Shown piece after piece: positions 57,877 to 64,000 of a DNA stretch of 64,000 bases. Position 1 is the stretch's first letter; every line of letters starts with the position of its first letter. Location: contig CAWCSP010000004.1 of the NCBI GenBank assembly GCA_963798215.1, forward strand, positions 339,880-403,879. The letters run 5' to 3'. Made by a program: the position numbers and the translations under genes. Origin of the DNA: an uncultured Acidobacteriota bacterium (GTDB lineage: Bacteria > Acidobacteriota > Thermoanaerobaculia > UBA5066). The notes beneath the pieces are model-generated. The model saw nothing but the letters and a program-made list of their open reading frames with translations. It did not search any database and was not told where the DNA came from.

Positions 57877-59196
57877 TCAGTCGGGCAGCGACTCGCGCGT
57901 AAGGTTCCGGTTCGCGTCCTTCCCGACCCAGATGTTGTCCTCGACGCGGATGCCGCCCATCGGGATCAGGCGGTCCACGAGCGCCCAGTCGACCGCGGCG
58001 CGGTGCGGGCCCTGGCGTACGGGGTCGAGGAGCATCGGGATGAAGTACAGGCCCGGCTCGACCGTGAAGAGCATGCCCGGCTCGATCGGGCGGACCGTGC
58101 GAAGGGCCGGATGGTCGGAGGGCGGAGGCGCGGGCGTGCCCGTCCGGTCGGCCTGCCTGCCCGCGACGTCGTGGACCTGCAGGCCGAGAAAGTGGCCGAG
58201 GCCGTGCGGGAAGAACGGAAACGTCAGGCGCGTCGTCACGGCTTCCTCGGCGGAGACCTTGAGGACACCGACCTCGGCGAGGAGCTCGCCGACGTAACGC
58301 TGGCCGCGCAGGTGGAAATCCCGGTAGTGGAGCGGCGGCCGCGCCTCGAGGCACAGCTTCGCCTGCAGGGCCTTCATCCCGTCGAGGAGGCGCGCGAAGA
58401 CGGGCTCGACGCCCTCCCTCACCCACGTGCGCGTGATGTCTGACGCGTAGCCGTTCACGGTCGCGCCCGCGTCGACGAGGAGCACCTTCGACGGGGCCGG
58501 TAGCCTGCCGCGCTTGCCGTGGTAGTGGAGCGTCGCGGAGCGGTCGTCGAGGGCGACGATCGACGTGTACGGGAGCGCCTCTTCCACGTCGCCGATCGCC
58601 GCGAGGTACGCGTGGTGGAGCTCCATCTCGGAAGCTCCCGCGCGGAACGCCTTCTCGATCGCCCGGTAGCCGGGCGCGGCTTTCGCGTTCGCGACGGCGA
58701 CCTGCTCGGCCTCCCAGGCGGTCTTGTAGGAGCGCTCCCAGTCCAGCCGGGCGACGAGCCCCTTCGGGTTCACGTTCTGGGGGCGGAAGCCGTGCGCGGC
58801 GGCCTCGTCCGCGGCCCCGCCCACGAAGGCCGTCCGCGCGAAGCCGTTGCCGGCTTCCTTCCACGCTGCCTCGGAGGTCGCGACGTCGACGACGTCGAAC
58901 TCCCGCGCGACGAACGCGGGCGCGGGCGCGGGCGGCGCGTACCAGTAGTCGCGCGGCTGGACGCGGACGAGGCGCGGCTTCCTCCCGGGGACGACGTCGA
59001 GGAGGTGGTACGGCCCTTCCACGGGTGCCCAGTGCGCGAACGTCGGCGTCGGGTGGAACGGCGCGTCGTTGTCGTCCGCGAAGTACGTGAACGGGACGCC
59101 GGAGTGGACGACCAGCCGGTCGAAGCCGGTCTCCTCGAGGGCCCGCGCGGTCGTTTTCGCGAGACGGGCGAGGTGTTCCGCGTAGAGATCGGCCAT
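57877..59196 (-). CDS. pepQ: Xaa-Pro dipeptidase (prolidase)
   Basis: F.DD...F, LHY, DAGA...GYASDITRT, FPHGLGHFLGLQVHDV, TVEPGLYF and GGIRVEDN motifs. Confidence 0.92.
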   Translation of the reverse strand: MADLYAEHLARLAKTTARALEETGFDRLVVHSGVPFTYFADDNDAPFHPTPTFAHWAPVEGPYHLLDVVPGRKPRLVRVQPRDYWYAPPAPAPAFVAREFDVVDVATSEAAWKEAGNGFARTAFVGGAADEAAAHGFRPQNVNPKGLVARLDWERSYKTAWEAEQVAVANAKAAPGYRAIEKAFRAGASEMELHHAYLAAIGDVEEALPYTSIVALDDRSATLHYHGKRGRLPAPSKVLLVDAGATVNGYASDITRTWVREGVEPVFARLLDGMKALQAKLCLEARPPLHYRDFHLRGQRYVGELLAEVGVLKVSAEEAVTTRLTFPFFPHGLGHFLGLQVHDVAGRQADRTGTPAPPPSDHPALRTVRPIEPGMLFTVEPGLYFIPMLLDPVRQGPHRAAVDWALVDRLIPMGGIRVEDNIWVGKDANRNLTRESLPD

Positions 59197-59204
59197 GGCT
59201 CTCC

Positions 59205-60380
59205 TCAGGCGGGCGCGAGGCCCAGGCCCTCGGCCTGCTCGACGAGGCGCCGGAGGGTTTCGTGGAGGTCTCGGCGCGCGCTCTCGATCTCGGCGCGCAG
59301 CTCGTCGAGCTTCGCCTCGGCGGCTGCACCGGCCCGGGCGCGGGCGGCGGCATAGTCCTCCTGGAGCTTCTCGAGGCGGGCCGACGCGCGGAGACGGGCC
59401 GCCTCGAGCTCGACGAGGGCCGCGTGGGCCGCGACGCTCGCCGCCGAGCGAATCTCCTCCCAGCGCGCCGCGAGCGCGTCCGCGGCGTCAGAGGCGAGGA
59501 GCGCCGGCGAGGCGACGGCGCCGGCGCCGGAGGTCAGGCGCGCGATGACGGCGGCCGTCGGGGCGCGGCGGAGGGACGTCACGATGCCGAGCTTCTCGCC
59601 GGCCCAGAGCAGGTAGTAGCTCGCGTCGAGCTGCCACCAGCGGAAGCCCTGCGCGGCCGAGCTCGGGTAGAAGTGGTGGTTGTTGTGCCAGCCCTCGCCC
59701 ATCGTCACGAGGGCGAAGATCATGCTGTTGCGGCTCGTGTCCGTCGTCGGGAACACGCGGCGCCCGAAGACGTGCATGACCGAGTTGATCGTGAACGTCC
59801 CGTGCCAGAGGAGGACGGTCGCGACGAAGTAGCCCCACACGAGGCCCGTCCATCCGAAGAGGACCCACGAGAGCAGGCCGTAGAGCATCGTCGCGGCGTA
59901 CTGGTTGCGGTCCAGCCAGACGAGCTCGGGAAACTTCGAGAGGTCGGGGATGCGCGTGAAGTCCGTCGCGTCGTACTTGCCCGAGAGGATCCAGCCGATG
60001 TGACTCCACCAGAAGCCGTCCTGCTTCGGGCTGTGGATGTCCTCCGGCGTGTCGGAGTACTTGTGGTGGTGGCGGTGGTTCGAGGCCCACCACAGGACGC
60101 CCTTCTGCGCCGCCGTCTGCCCGAGGAGGGCGAGGAGGAACTGCGGGACGCGCGAGAGGCGATAGGCCTTGTGCGAGAAGTACCGGTGGAAGCCCGCGGT
60201 GATCGCGAACATCCGCAGGTAGTACGACGCGAGGCAGAGGAGGACGCCCTTCCAGGAGAGCCCGACGAGCGCGACGCCCGCGATCGCCGCGACGTGGACG
60301 AAGGCGAAGCCGAAGGCCGCCACGGGGCGGACGTGGTGGCCGCGCGCGGACGGAGAGGCGGAGGCGGTCGTTTCGGACAT
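59205..60380 (-). CDS. Acyl-CoA (delta-9) fatty acid desaturase with C-terminal helical extension
   Basis: His boxes HRYFSH, HRHHH and HNNHH, plus GEGW. Confidence 0.9.
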   Translation of the reverse strand: MSETTASASPSARGHHVRPVAAFGFAFVHVAAIAGVALVGLSWKGVLLCLASYYLRMFAITAGFHRYFSHKAYRLSRVPQFLLALLGQTAAQKGVLWWASNHRHHHKYSDTPEDIHSPKQDGFWWSHIGWILSGKYDATDFTRIPDLSKFPELVWLDRNQYAATMLYGLLSWVLFGWTGLVWGYFVATVLLWHGTFTINSVMHVFGRRVFPTTDTSRNSMIFALVTMGEGWHNNHHFYPSSAAQGFRWWQLDASYYLLWAGEKLGIVTSLRRAPTAAVIARLTSGAGAVASPALLASDAADALAARWEEIRSAASVAAHAALVELEAARLRASARLEKLQEDYAAARARAGAAAEAKLDELRAEIESARRDLHETLRRLVEQAEGLGLAPA

Positions 60381-60470
60381 CGGAGAATTCCTTCGAAGGA
60401 AGATCGCCCGGCGTGAGCCGGGCGAATGAATCCTAAGCCCCTGAAGCCCCCGCACAAAGCGGGGATTGGG

Positions 60471-61109
60471 TCACTTCGTGGCAGGGGCGGGAGCGGCGGG
60501 GGCCGCGGCCGTCTTCGGCGCCGGTCTGTTCGCCTCGACGGAGATCACGAGGTCCACGTCGTCCGAGAGCATCGGGCTCTGGTCGACGATCGCGTTCCAG
60601 CTCACGCCGAAGTCCTTGCGGTTGAGCTTGCCGATCACGTCAAAGCCGGCCTTCTGCCCTCCGCGGCCGTCGTTCGCGAAGCCGTTCGAGGTCACGGTGA
60701 GGGTGACGGGCTTCGTGACGCCGCGCATCGTGAGGTCGCCCGTCACCTCGTACGTGTCCTTGTCCTTCGCGGCGATCTTCGTGGACTTGAACGTGATCTC
60801 GGGGTACTTCGCCGTGTCGAAGAAGTCGGCCGAGTTGAGGTGCTTGTCGCGGGTCGGGTTGCCCGTGTCGAGGCTCGTCGCGTCGATCTTGAGCTCGACG
60901 GAGCTCTCCTCGGGCTTGTTGCGGTCGAGGGTGATCGTCCCCTCGAACTTCGCGAAGTGGCCGCCGACCTTCGAGACGAAATGGCGCACCCTGAATCCGA
61001 ACTGGGTGTGGGCCTTGTCGAGGACGAACGTCTCCTTGTCGGCGCGCGCGGAGGCGGCCGAGACGAGAAGAGCGAGCGCCATGGAAGCGAGGACGCGGCG
61101 TCGGAACAT
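60471..61109 (-). CDS. YceI family protein
   Basis: Signal peptide; D.AH...F.VRH, RDKHL.SADFFD..KYP and GDLTMRGVTKPV motifs. Confidence 0.93.
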   Translation of the reverse strand: MFRRRVLASMALALLVSAASARADKETFVLDKAHTQFGFRVRHFVSKVGGHFAKFEGTITLDRNKPEESSVELKIDATSLDTGNPTRDKHLNSADFFDTAKYPEITFKSTKIAAKDKDTYEVTGDLTMRGVTKPVTLTVTSNGFANDGRGGQKAGFDVIGKLNRKDFGVSWNAIVDQSPMLSDDVDLVISVEANRPAPKTAAAPAAPAPATK

Positions 61110-61222
61110 GGGGGAAGTCTCCTTTTTTCGGTAGAGTGGGGGGCGCCCCTCGGGGGGCGGGAAGTCTACCGGGAATCCGCTGCCGAAGTGGTGACGGATT
61201 TCACGGGACACGAGAGGAGCTC

Positions 61223-61660
61223 ATGGCCGAGACCGCCGTTCAGGATTTCAAGAGCCACCGGCGTTTCGATCCCTGGTACCACTTCTTCGCCGCTCCGGTC
61301 CTGGTCGTCGCGTTCTTCGTCGCCCTGTGGCGCGCGATCAAGGCGCCTTCGGCGTGGGCCGTCTGGGAGGTCGTCGTCGCGGCGGCCCTCGTCGTCCTCG
61401 CGCTCAAGGCCCGGACTTTCGCGCTCAAGGTCCAGGACCGGGTCATCCGCCTCGAGGAGCGCCAGCGCCTCGGCGTCCTTCTCTCCGAGCCGCTGCGCTC
61501 CCGCATCGGCTCCCTGACGGAGCAGCAGCTCATCGGGTTGCGCTTCGCGTCTGACGGCGAGGTCGCGGGCCTCGTCGAAGCCGCGCTCGACGAGAACCTC
61601 AGCGGCGAGGCGATCAAGAAGCGCGTCACGAGCTGGAGGCCGGACCTCTTCCGGGTCTGA
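61223..61660 (+). CDS. DUF6526-like membrane protein
   Basis: Q....H.R..P.YHF, QDRVIRLEE, IGLRFASD.E and IK..V..WRPD..RV motifs. Confidence 0.75.
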   Translation: MAETAVQDFKSHRRFDPWYHFFAAPVLVVAFFVALWRAIKAPSAWAVWEVVVAAALVVLALKARTFALKVQDRVIRLEERQRLGVLLSEPLRSRIGSLTEQQLIGLRFASDGEVAGLVEAALDENLSGEAIKKRVTSWRPDLFRV

Positions 61661-61667
61661 CCTTCCG

Positions 61668-62456
61668 TCAGCCGATCCGCGGGCCCGCAGACTTCAGGAA
61701 GTCCCGGCGGGCCCCCTCGATCGCCTCGCGCGCGGCGAGGCTGAGGCGTTCGACGTCGTCGTCCGTCATCCCCGCCGTCGGGATCGGTGGCAGGAACCGC
61801 ACGCGCACGGTCCCCGGCCGGACCATCCAGCGGTGCGCGTCGAGGACCTCCCACATCGGCGAGGTCGCGAACGGAACGACGGGCACCTGCGCGGCAATCG
61901 CGAGGTGGAACGCGCCCTTCTTGAACGGGAGCATCTCGGGCCCCGCGTTCCGGTGCCCCTCCGGCAGCACCCAGACGCTGAGGTCCTCGCTCCGGATCCT
62001 CTCGGCGGCGGCACGAAGCGACTCGCGCGCGGCGATCGCGTTCGACCGGTCGATCAGGATGTGCGTCGACACCTTCCAGAGCCACCCGAAGACCGGGATC
62101 TTCAGGATCTCCTTCTTCCCGACGGCCACGCTCCGGTCCGGGAAGAACGTCGCCCACGTCGCGATGTCGAGGTTCGACTGGTGGTTTCCGACGACCACGG
62201 CGGGCCGTGTGTCGAGCATCGTCGCCCTGTTCTCGACCTCGACCTTCCAGAACAGGAAGCGCGTCATCACGAAGCCGAAGCTCCGGATCCAGACCATCGC
62301 GGCCTTTTGGCCGTTTCGGAAGAGCGCGTAATGGATGAGCGCGACGACCGCGAATCCGACGAACGACAGGCCGCCGACCGCGCAGGCGAGGACGAACCAG
62401 ACGCGGTACACGAGGTGGCGAAGGAATCCGCCGGGCCCGCCGGAGGGTGAGGGCAT
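61668..62456 (-). CDS. plsC: 1-acyl-sn-glycerol-3-phosphate acyltransferase
   Basis: NHQSNLD, IDR, PEG.R and PFKKGAF motifs. Confidence 0.9.
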   Translation of the reverse strand: MPSPSGGPGGFLRHLVYRVWFVLACAVGGLSFVGFAVVALIHYALFRNGQKAAMVWIRSFGFVMTRFLFWKVEVENRATMLDTRPAVVVGNHQSNLDIATWATFFPDRSVAVGKKEILKIPVFGWLWKVSTHILIDRSNAIAARESLRAAAERIRSEDLSVWVLPEGHRNAGPEMLPFKKGAFHLAIAAQVPVVPFATSPMWEVLDAHRWMVRPGTVRVRFLPPIPTAGMTDDDVERLSLAAREAIEGARRDFLKSAGPRIG

Positions 62457-62473
62457 GACGCATTATCGACGGG

Positions 62474-63817
62474 ATGCCGGACCCGGTGAACCTCGCGATC
62501 CTCGGGGGAGGGGCGGCCGGCCTCCTCGCGGCGATCCGGGCCGCCGGGGCGGGTGCGGAGGGTGTCGTCGTGCTCGAAGCGGCGGCGCAGCCGGGCCGCA
62601 AGATCCTCGTTTCGGGCGGCGGGCGCTGCAACGTCCTCCCGATGGAGGAGGCGCGCGAGCGCTTCGTCTCGGCCTCGCCCGCGCGCGTCGTCGGGCGATA
62701 TCTCGCCCGCGTCCCGCTCGAAGAGCAGCGCGCGTTCTTCGAGGAGCTCCTCGGCGGGCCCCTGCGCGAGGAGCCCGAGGGGAAGAAGCTGTTTCCGCCG
62801 ACGAACCGCGCGAAGGATGTCCGGGACGCGCTCGTCGCCCGGGCCCTCGCAGCGGGCGCGACGATCCGGACGGGCGTCGTCGTGCGCGAGGTCGGCTGGA
62901 CCGACGGGGGTTTCTCGATCCGGCTCGCGGAGGGGCCCGACGTCCGCGCCGCGGGCGTGATCCTCGCAACGGGCGGCCTCTCGGTCCTCGGCGGCGGCGC
63001 CGACGGCGGCGGCTTCGCATGGGCCGGAGCCCTCGGCCACACGGTGCTTCCGACGTATCCGGCCCTCGTGCCCCTGACGGGCGACGCGCCCGCGCACCAC
63101 GCGCTCGCCGGCGTGAGCGTAAACGCGCGCGTCACGGCGACGTGCGTGGCGAGCGGCGAGAACGCCGGATCGGAAGGCGGATTCCTCTTCACGCACAGGG
63201 GCTGGAGCGGCCCGTCCGTCCTCGACGTCTCGCACGTCGTCGAACGGGCGGCGCGCGCGGGGGCGCGCGCCGAGGTCCGGGTCTGCTTCGGAGAAGAGGG
63301 AAGAAGAGAAAGAGAAGAGGAGAAGATTTCTTCGAGTGGTCCCGTGCGGGCCGTGGAGGCGAAGCCCGCGACAGATGTCTCGGCGATCGCGGCCGCGTGG
63401 GATGCGCGCCTCGTCGCCGGTGCCCGCTCCGGCGTCTCCCTCTTCAACCTTCTAAGAAAATCTTCTTCTTTTTCTTCTTCTCTCCCGGACCGCCTCATCC
63501 AGCTCGTGCTGGCGGAGAGCGGCGTCGCGGATCAGCCGCTCGCGCGTCTGACCCGCGACGCGCGGCGGAAGGTGGCCGCGACGCTCGCCACGTTTCCGCT
63601 CCCCGCGACGGGAACGGAGGGCTACCGGACCGCGGAGGTCACCGGCGGCGGCGTCGCCCTCGACGAGGTCGACCCCGGCAGCGGGAGGAGCAGGGTCGTC
63701 CCCGGGCTGTGGCTCGCGGGAGAAGTGCTCGACGCCTTCGGCCCGATCGGCGGCTTCAACTTCCAGTGGGCGTGGGGCACGGGCTGGACGGCGGGCGTTT
63801 CGGCCGCGCGGCCGTAG
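62474..63817 (+). CDS. HI0933/BaiN-family FAD-dependent oxidoreductase
   Basis: GGGAAG, GRKILVSGGGRCN, LFTHRG.SGP.VL, VTGGGV and GE.LD..G.IGGFNFQWAW.TG motifs. Confidence 0.92.
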   Translation: MPDPVNLAILGGGAAGLLAAIRAAGAGAEGVVVLEAAAQPGRKILVSGGGRCNVLPMEEARERFVSASPARVVGRYLARVPLEEQRAFFEELLGGPLREEPEGKKLFPPTNRAKDVRDALVARALAAGATIRTGVVVREVGWTDGGFSIRLAEGPDVRAAGVILATGGLSVLGGGADGGGFAWAGALGHTVLPTYPALVPLTGDAPAHHALAGVSVNARVTATCVASGENAGSEGGFLFTHRGWSGPSVLDVSHVVERAARAGARAEVRVCFGEEGRREREEEKISSSGPVRAVEAKPATDVSAIAAAWDARLVAGARSGVSLFNLLRKSSSFSSSLPDRLIQLVLAESGVADQPLARLTRDARRKVAATLATFPLPATGTEGYRTAEVTGGGVALDEVDPGSGRSRVVPGLWLAGEVLDAFGPIGGFNFQWAWGTGWTAGVSAARP

Positions 63818-63818
63818 A

Positions 63819-64000
63819 TCAGATCGGAGGGTCGTCCCACCACTTCGAGAGACTTCCCCGCGGCAGGACGGGCGTGGACGCGCCCGCGTGCGCCCAGTGC
63901 GACACGTCGTTGAAGAGCATGAGCCGGGCGACGGACGGGCCCTTGAAGTCGAGCACGTTCAGGCAGGCCGGGCTCTGGTCGAGGCGGTCGCGGTACGTGC
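63819..64000 (-). CDS. Histidine phosphatase family protein (3' end only)
   Basis: ...YRDRLDQSPACLNVLDF....RLMLFNDVSH...* resembles a CobC/PGM C-terminus. Confidence 0.55.
   Translation of the reverse strand, partial: TYRDRLDQSPACLNVLDFKGPSVARLMLFNDVSHWAHAGASTPVLPRGSLSKWWDDPPI

Noticed and set aside
59205-59560. Helical C-terminal extension of the desaturase
   Set aside because: C-terminal helical tails are common on bacterial delta-9 desaturases, and nothing specific supports novelty.
1-64000. CRISPR arrays, tRNA/rRNA genes, integrase or transposase genes
   Set aside because: None recognised by eye. A tRNAscan/Infernal/HMM run would be needed to exclude them fully.

Overview
High-GC bacterial window. 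Gene content suggests Acidobacteriota (inference only). The left arm (1-12.1 kb) is metabolic: a DUF3604 protein, a BON protein, a selenocysteine formate dehydrogenase-N/O operon (in-frame UGA plus SECIS), DUF2231, DUF488, a cytochrome b/Mo-oxidoreductase fusion, an AhpD-like protein and aguA-aguB. The centre (12.1-56.5 kb) is a ~44.4 kb type VI secretion island with candidates for all core genes tssA-M, plus tagJ, tagF and a PAAR-M91 metalloprotease effector. It is bounded exactly by a 66-bp direct repeat (61/66 identical) that duplicates the putative -10 box and first ~15 codons of aguA, and I recognise no integrase inside it. The island carries unusual accessory genes: a Rickettsia PKMT-like protein-lysine methyltransferase and a YkgJ/FliB-like Cys-cluster protein flanking two unknown paralogs, a single-chain TssB-TssC fusion besides normal tssB/tssC, an FHA-ClpN fusion, two Hanks kinases, two degenerate kinase-like proteins, a PP2C and three FHA proteins. 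The right arm (56.6-64 kb) is housekeeping: SRPBCC, ArsR, VOC, pepQ, desaturase, YceI, DUF6526, plsC, a BaiN-like flavoprotein and a partial histidine phosphatase. Several frameshifts (aguA, VOC, and a dense cluster at 26.8-29.3 kb) may be sequencing errors. All family calls come from motif recognition by eye, with no database search.
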